A stretch of 64,000 nt of DNA from an uncultured Methanolobus sp. (lineage in GTDB: Archaea > Halobacteriota > Methanosarcinia > Methanosarcinales > Methanosarcinaceae). The notes beneath the pieces were generated by a model. The model saw only the letters and a list, made by a program, of their open reading frames with translations. It ran no database searches and had not been told where the DNA came from. This document shows, in pieces, positions 21,683 through 32,914 of this stretch (positions within the stretch are counted from its first letter, which is position 1; each line of letters begins with the position of its first letter). The position numbers and the translations under genes are program-made. The DNA lies in assembly GCA_963675495.1 (NCBI GenBank), contig OY776215.1, forward strand, positions 416,001-480,000, read 5' to 3'.

Positions 21683-23617
21683 TCTTTTTTGCCTGTATGA
21701 AACTGCCAGCAATCCCACAGCAGCGAACAATGCAGTGAATCCTGGTATTCCCTTACTTTCCTCTGTTGTTTCAGGAATCATGCTGTACTCCTCATAATCT
21801 TCGTAGACGACTATTGAAGTACCCATGAATGCAGTATCGTTGACATAGTAATCCTGAAGTTCTTCCAGTAAGCTCTGGACACCAGTATCAATCATGAAGC
21901 CTTCATTTACTGCAATTCCTATAAGCGCTTTTGATTCAGATATCCTGATCTCGCCCATCTTTGGTGCTATGGAATCTATAATTTCATCCTTGGTTTGAGG
22001 ATAAGTATCATCCAGGGAATATGTCTGAAGGACTATAAGGTCAGCACTTGCTGAAACCTCGGTAATATCTGCCAGAGCATATGATGCCGGAATATCAATG
22101 GCCACAGCAAGTTCGTCTCCTGCCATCTCACGGACATCCTCAAGAAGAAGCAAGTTCAGGGTGCAGGCTACCTCTGGATCATCACTGCAGGGGTCAAGTG
22201 CAATATCAACACCATCAAAAGCTGAAAGTGACTTGTTGTTATAATCAATAACCTTCTCCAGTACATTTTTCACGTACACGGAATTATCCTCATCAGAGTC
22301 ACTCTTTGGGTCGTTGAATATCATTGCATAGACCTGTATGTCGTGGTCACGGGCCTGTTTTACAAATCGTTCCAGATTCCAGACATCATCGCCATCAGTA
22401 AGCAACATTACAGTATTTATCCCACTATCTTTGAGATCTACTATAGTGGTATCGTCATACCCTTCTGTATCGAAGATCCGTATCGCACTCATAAGACCGC
22501 TTGCAGGAGTTATATTTATCCTTACAGGTTCAACTTCTGCAACTGTCTCTTCTTGTGCTATGTTACCTGCGAACATTACAGTTGGCTCTTCAGAAACAAA
22601 ATTGCGCACGTAGACATAATCAAAGGATGCATAACCAGTGTTATCTGAAACATCTGAATAAGTACTTGCAAACAGATAGACCTTCATATCCGTAAGAGGA
22701 ATATAATTGTTCTCTTCTGTTGCCGTAAGGTCCATTCTGCTGTCCCTCACACCATTCTTGAACCAGGCTATCTTTCCAAATTCATCCTCCATATACCATG
22801 CAACACCTATTGTGTACCAGTCACCTTCAGCTACATTGACATTTGTAAGATCTGCCGGGAAATAACGGGCATCGCTTTTGGAATTTTCAAGTATCCATGT
22901 CACCTTGGTCTCATTCTCAAGTTCAGTGGATGCTAGCACCTGGTTCTTTGTTTCCCTTTGGGGATCTACAAATCCCTGTGATATTATAGGACCACGGCTG
23001 TCAGTACCTGTGGTCACCTTTTTCCTTTTGGCTACGAACATTGAATTGATCAGGAACTCATCCTTGGATTTGATACTTACAACATCTTCCGGATGGAATT
23101 TTGGAACTATAAGGTTGCACGCACCATTAGAAACTTTTACCTCACTGCCACCTGTTGTATACGATTCCCAATTGCCAAATAAGCTGGAACCACTGAAATC
23201 ATCATAGAACTCAAAAGTCGAAGAACTGCTGCTTATATCGGCTGCATCAGGATTTCCATAGTGCATTGTTATTTTAGCACTGCCATTAGCCGCGATGGAT
23301 GGAACTTTAACCCATACGACGGCCTCTTCCTTTGCAGTATCCCATTCTTCTATCCAGTGCTGAAGTTGCTTATCGCCGGAGGAAAAACGTATGTCTTCCC
23401 CTTCAGAACGTGCAATAGAAAAATCAAAGTTGGAACTATTAAGAACAATAGGTATCTGGTAATTCACCAGTTTGGTCCCTGAGTTTTCTTTAATAGTTAT
23501 CTCTTCTGAAAAATTCCAATCTCCCCCACCTGAATATGTTAACGCGGAGCCTGTTTGTACAAATACTATACAAGTAAGCAGTAATATTGTTGCATAAATA
23601 ATTCTTTTTAATAGCAA
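21677..23617 (-). CDS. Surface protein: DUF2341 domain, TIM-barrel-like domain, PGF-CTERM anchor
   Basis: Signal peptide; 'GEDIRF...WIEEW...AVVWVKVPSI...MHYGNP'; 'FDGVDIALDP'; C-terminal IPGF + TM helix + RQKRR. Confidence 0.82.
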   Translation of the reverse strand: MLLKRIIYATILLLTCIVFVQTGSALTYSGGGDWNFSEEITIKENSGTKLVNYQIPIVLNSSNFDFSIARSEGEDIRFSSGDKQLQHWIEEWDTAKEEAVVWVKVPSIAANGSAKITMHYGNPDAADISSSSSTFEFYDDFSGSSLFGNWESYTTGGSEVKVSNGACNLIVPKFHPEDVVSIKSKDEFLINSMFVAKRKKVTTGTDSRGPIISQGFVDPQRETKNQVLASTELENETKVTWILENSKSDARYFPADLTNVNVAEGDWYTIGVAWYMEDEFGKIAWFKNGVRDSRMDLTATEENNYIPLTDMKVYLFASTYSDVSDNTGYASFDYVYVRNFVSEEPTVMFAGNIAQEETVAEVEPVRINITPASGLMSAIRIFDTEGYDDTTIVDLKDSGINTVMLLTDGDDVWNLERFVKQARDHDIQVYAMIFNDPKSDSDEDNSVYVKNVLEKVIDYNNKSLSAFDGVDIALDPCSDDPEVACTLNLLLLEDVREMAGDELAVAIDIPASYALADITEVSASADLIVLQTYSLDDTYPQTKDEIIDSIAPKMGEIRISESKALIGIAVNEGFMIDTGVQSLLEELQDYYVNDTAFMGTSIVVYEDYEEYSMIPETTEESKGIPGFTALFAAVGLLAVSYRQKRR

Positions 23618-23817
23618 TCCTCACACCTCTCAAAATACTATTATCTTTTTTTACTCCGTATTTCTTACTAATAATTTGTAATCAGAGAGTATAAATGTTG
23701 TGCATATTATTCTTTCTGTTTATTAAGGATAATACATATTGCGAATAATATATTAATAAGACAAACAAAATTTGGTGCCTTTCTATCAAAATACAAAAAA
23801 AAAGGATTTGTAAATTA

Positions 23818-24699
23818 TCAATGCTTGTTAATGAAATATTCTATCAGCCACCCGGATATACTTGTGTTCCGTGGAATAACAGGAATCTCATCTTTTTTGA
23901 ACCATCCGGCTTCCTCTATTTCGACACCATCGACTGCTATTTCTCCTTCTGAAAACTCTGCGGTGAATCCTAGCATGAGCGAATCAGGATAAGGCCAGGG
24001 TTGACTGCCAAAATACTTGATGTTCTTAATTGATATCCCCACTTCCTCCCTGACCTCTCTCACAACAGCCTCTTCTACTGACTCACCTGGCTCTACAAAA
24101 CCTGCTAAGATACTGTAAAGTCCTGGCTTGAAATGAGGAGAACGGGCAAGCAGGACTCTGTCATCTTTCTCTATAAGCACAATGATCGCGGGAGATATCT
24201 TGGGAAATGCAAGAAATCCGCATTTAGGACATTCTTTTGCCCGTTCATTCTCTCTAAGCGATGTCCCTGAACCACACCTGCCGCAGAATAAGGTATTTTT
24301 GTCCCACTCCATGATATGAACAGCTTTTCCTGCAAGATAAGCAAGACCTTCTTCCAGAATTCCGGTCAGCTCCCTAATACCTACAAAGTTGCCATTCTCA
24401 CCGATCTTCCCAGCAGCAGCATTTGAACCATCAAGCTCCGCTGAAAAGCAGGAAATATCCCTGAGTTCACCCAGATACTGGGTTCCTAGAACATCGAGAC
24501 CCATATTCTTGATCTCTTCAAAAGAAGGCAGCCTTAAACTGTCCTTCTCATTCAGCAGCAATAACTCACGATTCTTAAATGCAAAACAATAAGTTTGATT
24601 ACTGCCTTTTTTTTGCGGGGGATGAATCAACGGCATGAAATCCGAATCCCATAATCTGTCTTCTGTGTTCATGGCTTGAAGAATAATGTCCGGGTACAT
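23818..24699 (-). CDS. nudC: NAD(+)/NADH diphosphatase
   Basis: Zn ribbon 'FCGRCG...CPKCG', Nudix box 'GFVEPGESVEEAVVREVREEVG', 'SQPWPYPDS'; exact start uncertain. Confidence 0.93.
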   Translation of the reverse strand: MYPDIILQAMNTEDRLWDSDFMPLIHPPQKKGSNQTYCFAFKNRELLLLNEKDSLRLPSFEEIKNMGLDVLGTQYLGELRDISCFSAELDGSNAAAGKIGENGNFVGIRELTGILEEGLAYLAGKAVHIMEWDKNTLFCGRCGSGTSLRENERAKECPKCGFLAFPKISPAIIVLIEKDDRVLLARSPHFKPGLYSILAGFVEPGESVEEAVVREVREEVGISIKNIKYFGSQPWPYPDSLMLGFTAEFSEGEIAVDGVEIEEAGWFKKDEIPVIPRNTSISGWLIEYFINKH

Positions 24700-24774
24700 T
24701 TATCAAAGTTACCTTAGACCTTAAGTTTTAATAATCTGCAAGCAAATTAGTATTCGGTTAAAGGGAGATAATTG

Positions 24775-25446
24775 ATGAACTATCTGATACTGGTAAGACA
24801 CGGGCAATCGAGATGGAATCTTGAGAACAGGTTTGCAGGGTGGGTCGATGTAGCCCTGAGTAAAAAAGGAATTGAAGAGGCAATGGATTGTGGCGAAGAA
24901 CTTGAAAACGTAGAACTGGATATTGCCTTCACATCTAAATTATCCAGAGCACAGGAAACACTGTTTCTTATACTTGCGAAGCAGAAAAAGACAGGCATTT
25001 TTCTGCATGAAAATAATAAAAGGGACAAATGGTCATTTCATCCTTCAAGATTTGATGATTCTGAGATACCGGTATATTCAAGTGATTCCCTTAACGAAAG
25101 ATTCTACGGAAACCTGCAAGGCCAGAACAAACAGGAAGCAAAAGAAGTTTATGGAGAAGAACAGGTTTTCATCTGGAGAAGAAGCTATGACATACAGCCT
25201 CCGGGTGGTGAGAGTCTTAAAGATACCTATGAACGCACCATTCCTTATTTTAAGGAACACATTTTCCCTCAGCTTGAAGATGGAAAAAATGTGATTGTTG
25301 CTGCACACGGAAACAGCCTGCGCTCCGTAGTTAAATATATTGAAAACATCAGCGATGAGGACATAACTAAACTCGAAATAACAACAGGTAAGCCAATATA
25401 TTACCAGTTTGTGAAGGGCGAATTAATAAAGGAAGAAAAAAAATAA
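24775..25446 (+). CDS. gpmA: 2,3-bisphosphoglycerate-dependent phosphoglycerate mutase
   Basis: 'LVRHGQSRWNLENRFAGW', 'LNERFYG', 'WRRSYD', 'AAHGNSLR'. Confidence 0.93.
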   Translation: MNYLILVRHGQSRWNLENRFAGWVDVALSKKGIEEAMDCGEELENVELDIAFTSKLSRAQETLFLILAKQKKTGIFLHENNKRDKWSFHPSRFDDSEIPVYSSDSLNERFYGNLQGQNKQEAKEVYGEEQVFIWRRSYDIQPPGGESLKDTYERTIPYFKEHIFPQLEDGKNVIVAAHGNSLRSVVKYIENISDEDITKLEITTGKPIYYQFVKGELIKEEKK

Positions 25447-25463
25447 CGAAAAAAAAATGAAGT

Positions 25464-25856
25464 TCACTCATATGGTGATATTTCATCTGCCAGCGGAGAG
25501 GTGTGCAAGACACATTCATCGCCGTGTTTTACAAGTTCTTCAATGGATTTTCTTAGTATGGAAGGATAGACAAGACCCACTTCTTCTTTAATAGCACGGC
25601 CCTTGCAGAAGAACTTAAAAGTTGGAGTTCCTCTTACACCATATTTCCTTGCGGTCATGGGACTCTCAAGTCCGTTCATCCTGACAAAAGTGCATGACTC
25701 GTGGAACTCACTTGAATATTCCCTGAAATAAGGTTCTATTTCCTTGCAATGAGTGCAGGTCGGAAGATAGAACATAACCACCATGGGTTTTTCCTGATTT
25801 TCAATTAATTCTTCCCAGTTAGAATCATTTACTTCGATCACATTATTTTCAGTCAT
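25464..25856 (-). CDS. Thioredoxin family protein
   Basis: 'FYLPTCTHC' active site; cis-Pro loop 'GTPTF'. Confidence 0.85.
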   Translation of the reverse strand: MTENNVIEVNDSNWEELIENQEKPMVVMFYLPTCTHCKEIEPYFREYSSEFHESCTFVRMNGLESPMTARKYGVRGTPTFKFFCKGRAIKEEVGLVYPSILRKSIEELVKHGDECVLHTSPLADEISPYE

Positions 25857-25968
25857 TTTTACCGCTCCCATATTAAATAAAAACGTACAAATATTAAAAT
25901 GTATCTTCAAAAAAAGAAATGTAACAGGCATAAAAGCCTGCACCAGTTAATTTCGCAAAATATCTGCT

Positions 25969-27390
25969 TCAGATGTTCTCTTTTGCCCAGACGGCTGCTG
26001 CATCAAGTACTGCATGGTTGAGCGGAATAAGCTTTGGTTTCTTGGAGAACGTTTCAGCCAAGGCAGCCTTGAAATTATCTACACCAAGACCTGTTATTCC
26101 AAGAGCCATGATAACTCCGAGCATTACCGTATTTGCAGCTTTCTCTGAACCTGCGTCACCTGCTATCTTAATTGCCGGGACAGCTACACCGGTGACACCT
26201 TCCGGAATATCACATTCGCCTATGGTCGAGTCGTAGAGTATGTAGCCACCCTCTTTGACGTCAACAGCAAACTTTTCCAGCGAAGGACGGTTCATTGCAA
26301 CAAGAACATCAGGAGTGTAGACCACAGGAGAACCAATGGATTCACCTGAAACAACCACTGAACAATTGGATGTGCCACCTCTCTGTTCAGGACCGTATGA
26401 CGGATACCATGAAACAAAACGCTGTCCATCACAACCTGCGTGTGCAAGGGTCAATCCCATACTAAGTACACCCTGACCTCCAAATCCTGCTGCTTTTATC
26501 TGGACCTCCGGGAGTGATGGGTTCAGAACTGCATCAGGCGATGACTCTGTCTCAAGGTTGAAGAGGGCATCAATTGCCTGTTTGTCAAAAATACTATCTT
26601 CCCTGAGAAGTTGTTCCGTCTCAGCAGACAGGTCCCTTAAATTGCCCAACGGGAACTCCTGTTCCATTTGCTCGTTCACAAATTTGGTGCTCTGTTCAGA
26701 GTTTTGCCTCAGATTTGTTGGACAGTTTGAAAGAATCTCAACAAATGCATATCCTTTACCATCACGCTGTATCTCAAGAGCTTTACGGATAGCTTTGCGT
26801 GCCTTGCGGATATGGGATATGTCTGAGATAGAGACCCTTTCAATAAATACAGGGGCTTTCAGATTGTTAAGAAGTTCACACATATGCAGGGGATAACCTG
26901 CAAATCTTGGGTCTCTTCCATCAGGACAGGTAACGGTTTTTTCACCGATTAGGGTTGTTGGCGCCATCTGGCCGCCGGTCATACCATAAACCGTGTTATT
27001 GACAAAGAATACTGCGATCTTCTCACCACGATTAGCCGCCTGTAGAGTCTCATTCAAACCTATAGATGCAAGGTCACCATCACCCTGGTAAGCAATAACT
27101 ACCGCATTGTCCTGTGCTCTTGAAACACCGGTTCCAACTGCAGGAGCACGTCCATGAGCTACCTGGAGATTTCCACAGTCAAAGTAATAATAGGCAAAAA
27201 CAGAACATCCTACTGGACTTATCATGACACTGCGGTCCTGTATCTCCAGATCGGACATTGCTTCACCAATAAGCTTGTGAATGATACCGTGACCGCATCC
27301 GGGACAGTAGTGAGTTGCAGTAGGTGCTGCACCACCCTTTCGGGGGAATTCAGGATACAGACCTGCACTTTTGATAACTTTTTCTGCCAT
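25969..27390 (-). CDS. vorA: 2-oxoisovalerate:ferredoxin oxidoreductase, fused beta/gamma subunit
   Basis: 'HYCPGCGHG', TPP motif 'GDGDLASIG...NN', 'GFGGQG', '[10 protein letters not shown]'. Confidence 0.92.
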   Translation of the reverse strand: MAEKVIKSAGLYPEFPRKGGAAPTATHYCPGCGHGIIHKLIGEAMSDLEIQDRSVMISPVGCSVFAYYYFDCGNLQVAHGRAPAVGTGVSRAQDNAVVIAYQGDGDLASIGLNETLQAANRGEKIAVFFVNNTVYGMTGGQMAPTTLIGEKTVTCPDGRDPRFAGYPLHMCELLNNLKAPVFIERVSISDISHIRKARKAIRKALEIQRDGKGYAFVEILSNCPTNLRQNSEQSTKFVNEQMEQEFPLGNLRDLSAETEQLLREDSIFDKQAIDALFNLETESSPDAVLNPSLPEVQIKAAGFGGQGVLSMGLTLAHAGCDGQRFVSWYPSYGPEQRGGTSNCSVVVSGESIGSPVVYTPDVLVAMNRPSLEKFAVDVKEGGYILYDSTIGECDIPEGVTGVAVPAIKIAGDAGSEKAANTVMLGVIMALGITGLGVDNFKAALAETFSKKPKLIPLNHAVLDAAAVWAKENI

Positions 27391-27392
27391 CT

Positions 27393-28454
27393 TTATTCCT
27401 CCTTTGCAGCTATTTTTCTGATACTTTCCAGCACCTGATCCATTGTTATCAGGTTTCCACCCATGCGATATACAAGCTCTGTGGGCCTGCTGCACTCAAT
27501 AGCAAGTTTGATATCTTCAAGCATTTGTCCGTTGCTCATTTCAACGGAGACGAATGTGCAGTCCCTTGAATCTGCAATTTCCTTTAATTCTTTTTCAGGG
27601 AAAGGGAAGAGTGTCTTTGGTCTGAAAAGACCGACTTTTATACCCTCTCTCCTTGCCAGGTCAACAGCTGATCTGCATATACGACTGCTGATTCCATAGG
27701 AAACAAGGATTATAGATGCATCCGTTGCCATGTAATCTTCAAAATCGACCTCTTCTTCCTTTATGGTGTCGTATTTCTCCTGAATCTCATAGTTGAATTC
27801 TTCCAGCTGGTTGAAATCAAGGAATATAGATGTAACAAGATTCTCTCTGGTGTCTGCGGTTCCGCTTACGGCCCATGTTGTGTCAATTTCCGGTCTGACA
27901 GAAACTTCCGGAAACTGCAGGGACTCGACCATCTGGCCAAGTACTCCATCCGCCAGCACATATACAGGAGTTCGATACTTGAAAGCGAGTTCAAAGCCCG
28001 TGATAACCATGTCGCACATTTCCTGTACGGAGTTGGGTGCCAATACTATACTCTTGTAATTGCCGTGTCCGCCGCCTTTTACAACCTGACTGTAATCACC
28101 CTGTTCAGGACCTATATTACCAAGCCCAGGACCTGCTCTCATGATATCAACGATGACACAGGGAAGTTCAGCACCAGCAAGATAGGAAACTCCTTCCTGC
28201 TTCAGGCTTATACCGGGACCTGATGATGCGGTCATGACCCTGTGACCGGTGGATGCTGCACCGTAGACCATATTAATGGCAGCCTCTTCTGATTCAGCCT
28301 GTACGAATTTCCTTCCCGTCATAGGGAAATATTTTGAAGCCTCCTGCAATATCTCACTTGCAGGGGTAATAGGATAACCGAAATAACAGTCACAGCCAGC
28401 GTATAATGCGCCAATAACAGCTGCTGTGTTACCTTTTACTAATTGTGTTGCCAT
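27393..28454 (-). CDS. vorB: 2-oxoisovalerate:ferredoxin oxidoreductase alpha-type subunit
   Basis: 'GYPITPASE', '[11 protein letters not shown]', '[11 protein letters not shown]', 'MRAGPGLG'. Confidence 0.93.
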   Translation of the reverse strand: MATQLVKGNTAAVIGALYAGCDCYFGYPITPASEILQEASKYFPMTGRKFVQAESEEAAINMVYGAASTGHRVMTASSGPGISLKQEGVSYLAGAELPCVIVDIMRAGPGLGNIGPEQGDYSQVVKGGGHGNYKSIVLAPNSVQEMCDMVITGFELAFKYRTPVYVLADGVLGQMVESLQFPEVSVRPEIDTTWAVSGTADTRENLVTSIFLDFNQLEEFNYEIQEKYDTIKEEEVDFEDYMATDASIILVSYGISSRICRSAVDLARREGIKVGLFRPKTLFPFPEKELKEIADSRDCTFVSVEMSNGQMLEDIKLAIECSRPTELVYRMGGNLITMDQVLESIRKIAAKEE

Positions 28455-28471
28455 ATGTTCTCACCTTTAGC

Positions 28472-28705
28472 TCATTGATCTTTAAGCGGAATGTGTATCT
28501 CTATGGCAAGCGGCTCAGGACAGGTGTAGTAGCAATTGGCACAACCTGTGCAGCCCTCGCCTGCATACTCTACATAATAGTATCCTCGTTCGTTGAGCTT
28601 ATCGCTCATTTTCAGGACACTTTTAGGACATGCAACAATACAACGTCCGCAGGCTTTACACTCAATGATATTAATAACCGGATAGGGTTCTTTCTTGCCT
28701 GACAT
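28472..28705 (-). CDS. vorC: 2x[4Fe-4S] ferredoxin subunit of Vor
   Basis: '[12 protein letters not shown]' and '[14 protein letters not shown]'; upstream of vorB. Confidence 0.88.
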   Translation of the reverse strand: MSGKKEPYPVINIIECKACGRCIVACPKSVLKMSDKLNERGYYYVEYAGEGCTGCANCYYTCPEPLAIEIHIPLKDQ

Positions 28706-28821
28706 AATACAATGCCTCATTTTGATCTATAAAAATAATATCCCGGAACCGGGAATAGTCCATAGAGGCAATAAACATCTATTTACTTTATGGTCCGGAA
28801 TGGTCAGTATAAACAGGAAAG

Positions 28822-30498
28822 TTACTGATCACTTTCCTTATCATGGTCGCGTATTTCTACACGTCTTATCTTTCCGCTGATGGTTTTTGGAAGTTCAGAT
28901 ACGAACTCGACCACTCGTGGGTACTTGTAAGGTGCAGTGACCTTCTTTACATGGTTTTGAAGCTCTTTTTTCAGTTCAGCACCTGCAGTATAATCCTTTG
29001 TAAGAACAATAGTTGCTTTGATGACCTGTCCCCTTACAGGATCAGGCACACCTGTGATGGCACACTCAAGAACAGCAGGGTGTTCTATAAGAGCACTCTC
29101 TACTTCAAAAGGACCTACACGGTAACCGGATGTCTTAATGATATCGTCGGCTCTGCCAACAAACCAATAGTAACCATCTTCGTCCTTCCATGCCATATCA
29201 CCTGTGTGGTAATATCCGTCATGCCAGACCCTGGAAGTCATTTGCTCATCAGAGCGGTATCCGGCGAATATGCCAGGTGGGTTTCCGAAACTTGTGTCGA
29301 TAACGATCTCGCCTTCCTCACCAACCTCACATGGTTTGCCTTCTCCGTTAAGGAGAATGATATCATATTCAGGAGAAGGTTTGCCCATAGAACCTGGTTT
29401 TGGCTCTAGCCATGGATAAGTTGCAACGGAAACAACGGTTTCTGTCTGTCCGAATCCTTCCATGAGCTTCATACCGGTTATACGGTAGAACTGTTCATAT
29501 ACCTCAGGATTTAGCGGTTCTCCTGCTGTTACACAGTATTTGAGACTGCTGAAATCATAGTTACTAAGGTCTTCCCTGATAAGGAACCTGTATATGGTGG
29601 GAGGAGCACAGAATGTAGTTACACCGTACTTGATGGCATTCTCAAGCATCTTATCTGCACTGAATTTTTCATAATCGTAAACAAAAACAGAACTGCCAGA
29701 GAGCCACTGACCATAAATCTTACCCCATACGCATTTTGCCCAACCTGAGTCGGCAACAGTGTAGTGAAGACCTTCGTCTGTGACATTCTGCCAGTATTTT
29801 GCAGTTATAATATGTGCAAGAGGATAAGCGAAATTATGTTGCACCATCTTAGGGAAACCTGTTGTCCCTGATGAGAAGTAATTCAGCAAAATATCATTGT
29901 TTGTAGTCGCATCCTCACCGGTTGGACGAACAAAATCCTCTGATGCCTTTTCCATCTCTGTGGTGAAATCAAGCCATCCTTCTTTTTCAATTCCAATAAC
30001 CAGACGATTTTTGAGTATGCTGCTTATCTCTTCGTAAGCCTCATCCACATAGCTGAGAACACCGTCATCCGGTGCGCAGATTACAGTGTTGATGACTGCA
30101 CGCTCTACTCTGTAAACGATATCCTTTTTTGTAAGCATATGTGTTGCAGGAACTGCAGTGGCACCTATTCTGTGAAGTGCAAGCAAACAGAACCAGAACT
30201 CATACCTGCTCTTTAGCATAAGCATTACACTATCGCCTTTTTTGACGCCAATATCGTTAAGCATATTGGCAGTCTTATTACTATAATACTCAAGATCCTT
30301 GAAAGTGAGTATTTTCTCGTTGTCGTTGTCATCGCACCAGACAAGAGCCTTCTTATCAGGCTGCTGTGCAGCATAAACATCGACTACGTCGTAGGCAAAG
30401 TTAAAATTATCAGGAACGTTTATTTTGAAGTTTTCCTTAAAATCCTCGTAGGAATCATATTCAACACGTGAAATATATCTATCAAGTAATGAAGTCAT
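28822..30498 (-). CDS. AMP-forming short/branched-chain acyl-CoA synthetase
   Basis: '[11 protein letters not shown]', 'EGFGQTE', 'YHTGD', '[21 protein letters not shown]', '[10 protein letters not shown]'. Confidence 0.93.
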   Translation of the reverse strand: MTSLLDRYISRVEYDSYEDFKENFKINVPDNFNFAYDVVDVYAAQQPDKKALVWCDDNDNEKILTFKDLEYYSNKTANMLNDIGVKKGDSVMLMLKSRYEFWFCLLALHRIGATAVPATHMLTKKDIVYRVERAVINTVICAPDDGVLSYVDEAYEEISSILKNRLVIGIEKEGWLDFTTEMEKASEDFVRPTGEDATTNNDILLNYFSSGTTGFPKMVQHNFAYPLAHIITAKYWQNVTDEGLHYTVADSGWAKCVWGKIYGQWLSGSSVFVYDYEKFSADKMLENAIKYGVTTFCAPPTIYRFLIREDLSNYDFSSLKYCVTAGEPLNPEVYEQFYRITGMKLMEGFGQTETVVSVATYPWLEPKPGSMGKPSPEYDIILLNGEGKPCEVGEEGEIVIDTSFGNPPGIFAGYRSDEQMTSRVWHDGYYHTGDMAWKDEDGYYWFVGRADDIIKTSGYRVGPFEVESALIEHPAVLECAITGVPDPVRGQVIKATIVLTKDYTAGAELKKELQNHVKKVTAPYKYPRVVEFVSELPKTISGKIRRVEIRDHDKESDQ

Positions 30499-30507
30499 AC
30501 TGCCTCC

Positions 30508-31062
30508 TCATAAAACAACAGCCAGGAATTTTGCAGGTTTTCCACCCATTGCCTGCATTCCGTGTTCATAGTTAGAATCAAAGAAAATGGAATCTCCTTC
30601 TTCAAGAACTATCTCGTTATGATGAATGGTTACTTTCAGGGTACCTTCAAGGACGTAATCGAATTCCTGTCCGGGATGAAAGTTAGTTGATACAGGTGTA
30701 CCTTCCGGTTTCGGGTCGACCTTGACAACAAAAGGTTCAGCTTTCTTGTGAGAAAAATTAGCAGCAATGTTCTGGTACTTGTAATCCCTACGACGCTCGG
30801 CACTGACTCCTTTGTCCTTTCGGGTTACAGAGAACACATGCATTCTGGGAACTTCACCTGTAAGCAGCACAGATAGATCAACATCGAGGTTCTGGGCAAT
30901 CTCAAATAGAATGCTTGCCGGTACGTCCTCTTCTGCATTCTCATACCTGGCGTATGTTTCAACAGGCAATGTTAGTTTTTCAGCCATTTCCTCAACGGAA
31001 ATATCCGAAATATCACGTAATTCCTTTACACGAGCTGCAATTTCTTTGATCTTTTCCTGCAT
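30508..31062 (-). CDS. XRE-family HTH + cupin transcriptional regulator
   Basis: N-terminal HTH; '[12 protein letters not shown]...[12 protein letters not shown]'. Confidence 0.92.
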   Translation of the reverse strand: MQEKIKEIAARVKELRDISDISVEEMAEKLTLPVETYARYENAEEDVPASILFEIAQNLDVDLSVLLTGEVPRMHVFSVTRKDKGVSAERRRDYKYQNIAANFSHKKAEPFVVKVDPKPEGTPVSTNFHPGQEFDYVLEGTLKVTIHHNEIVLEEGDSIFFDSNYEHGMQAMGGKPAKFLAVVL

Positions 31063-31366
31063 AGAAATACCTTCACAAAATCATCATGTGGATACAATAA
31101 GAGAAATATTTCTCAGAATGGGTTCTTTTACCCTGATTCCTCCAGATTGGTTCGTGATTTTAAGGCTTACTATTATTTTAATATATTTGTTCAAATAATG
31201 CTATGCATAGGCATGACATGGACTAGTAAACTGGTTTTTAAGAAGATGAAAAGAACATCTTTGATTTTATTGAAGGAAATATATTAATAAAATAATAAGT
31301 AATTTATCATTATCAATATATACTTTAATGGTATCCTATCATACCAACAAGGCATAATCGATTAAC

Positions 31367-32797
31367 ATGGGCGGCATTTGGGAATTGTTTGAAAAAATGG
31401 AACATGAGTACAGAAGGCAGTTACTTCATGCTGCATTTGGCCTTTTGATACTACTTTTCCCATTTATCGGGCCTGAGATACTGCTGTTATTAAGTTTTCT
31501 TGTCATAGTGGGACTGACCTTTCTTCCAGAAGATGCAGCAATAAACAGATGGCTATACAAAAAACCACTTCCAGGCTCAAGGGAAATGCTCACTGATAGC
31601 ATCAATGAGGGATTGAAAAGCGCAAAGAATCTGGCCATTGCAGTATTTATCCTTATGTTAATAAGCTCATTATTAAAATTCACATCATATCAGCTTCCAC
31701 TGTATGTTATTGCAGGCGCGATCGCAATATCCACCTTTGGTACCAGTGCTGCGAATTTCATACGTCACAGAAAAAAGTTGCAATCTCTGCGCTATAGTCC
31801 AAAAAATATTGATGGCCGTGAATCTCATTTATTACCCTCAAGTATCGTACTCCTTGGTGTGGGAATAATAACAGCATACATTGCCGGAACATGGCTCATG
31901 CACTGGCATAAAATAGATGTCAGCCCGAATATGTTATTCTTCCTGGTTGTCATTGGTTCTACAACAGGTGCTCTTTTTGAATCAATTCCTTCACGCATAG
32001 ATAACAATCTCTCTGTTCCCCTGGGTTCAGGAATGTCTATGTGGTTGTTCAGTTCTTTCGGATATTCAGTACCGCCTCAACAGATGTTCGTTGCACTTGT
32101 CTTTTCATTGGTCTTGGGTTATCTGGCCTATAGGACAAAAATAGCTGATCTTTCAGCACTTTTCAGTGCAGCCCTACTTGGAGTGCTGATCATAGTTTTC
32201 AGTGAACTCTTCTGGTTCATACTCCTGCTCACATTCTTTATTCTGGGAGGAGCTTTCACCAAATTCAAGTATAAGTACAAAGAATCGATCGGTCTTGCAC
32301 AATCAAAAGGTGGAATGAGAAGTTATGAGAATGTTTTCAGTAACAGCACAGCAGCCCTTGTACTTGCCATATGCTACGGGATATACCCACAATATGCAGA
32401 CCTGATAATCTTTGCTTATCTTGGCACCGTGGCAACAGCAACCGGTGACACCCTTGCAAGCGAAATAGGAACAACTGCCCAATCACAACCAATAATGATA
32501 ACCACTCTAAAACCCACACATGCGGGAGTTGATGGTGCGGTAACAATACTTGGCGAAGTAGCAGCACTTCTGGGATCGATGGTTATAGGCTTGCTTCCAG
32601 TCCTCTTTGGAAAAGTGGATGATGCATTCCTTGCCATAACTGTTACAACTGCAGGTGGATTTTTGGGAACGAATGTGGATAGTCTTCTTGGTGCTACTCT
32701 CCAGAAACAAGGAATACTCTCAAACAGTGGTGTCAATTTTGTAGCTACCTTTGCAGGTGCCATTATTTCTGGAGGCATTTATTTACTGCTTGCATAA
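31367..32797 (+). CDS. TIGR00297-like membrane protein (dolichol-kinase-like N-terminus + DUF92)
   Basis: 'EYRRQLLH', 'IDNNLSVP', 'RSYENVFSN', 'ATGDTLASEIG', 'NVDSLLGATLQ', 'VNFVAT'. Confidence 0.85.
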   Translation: MGGIWELFEKMEHEYRRQLLHAAFGLLILLFPFIGPEILLLLSFLVIVGLTFLPEDAAINRWLYKKPLPGSREMLTDSINEGLKSAKNLAIAVFILMLISSLLKFTSYQLPLYVIAGAIAISTFGTSAANFIRHRKKLQSLRYSPKNIDGRESHLLPSSIVLLGVGIITAYIAGTWLMHWHKIDVSPNMLFFLVVIGSTTGALFESIPSRIDNNLSVPLGSGMSMWLFSSFGYSVPPQQMFVALVFSLVLGYLAYRTKIADLSALFSAALLGVLIIVFSELFWFILLLTFFILGGAFTKFKYKYKESIGLAQSKGGMRSYENVFSNSTAALVLAICYGIYPQYADLIIFAYLGTVATATGDTLASEIGTTAQSQPIMITTLKPTHAGVDGAVTILGEVAALLGSMVIGLLPVLFGKVDDAFLAITVTTAGGFLGTNVDSLLGATLQKQGILSNSGVNFVATFAGAIISGGIYLLLA

Positions 32798-32914
32798 CAA
32801 AGTATATATTTAGAAATAGTTCAAAATATTTAAATATAATATAGTTTAATATAAAAGTCAGATATTGACTTTATATATATCATTTTATATTTGTAACCCG
32901 GAACAAGCAGAATA

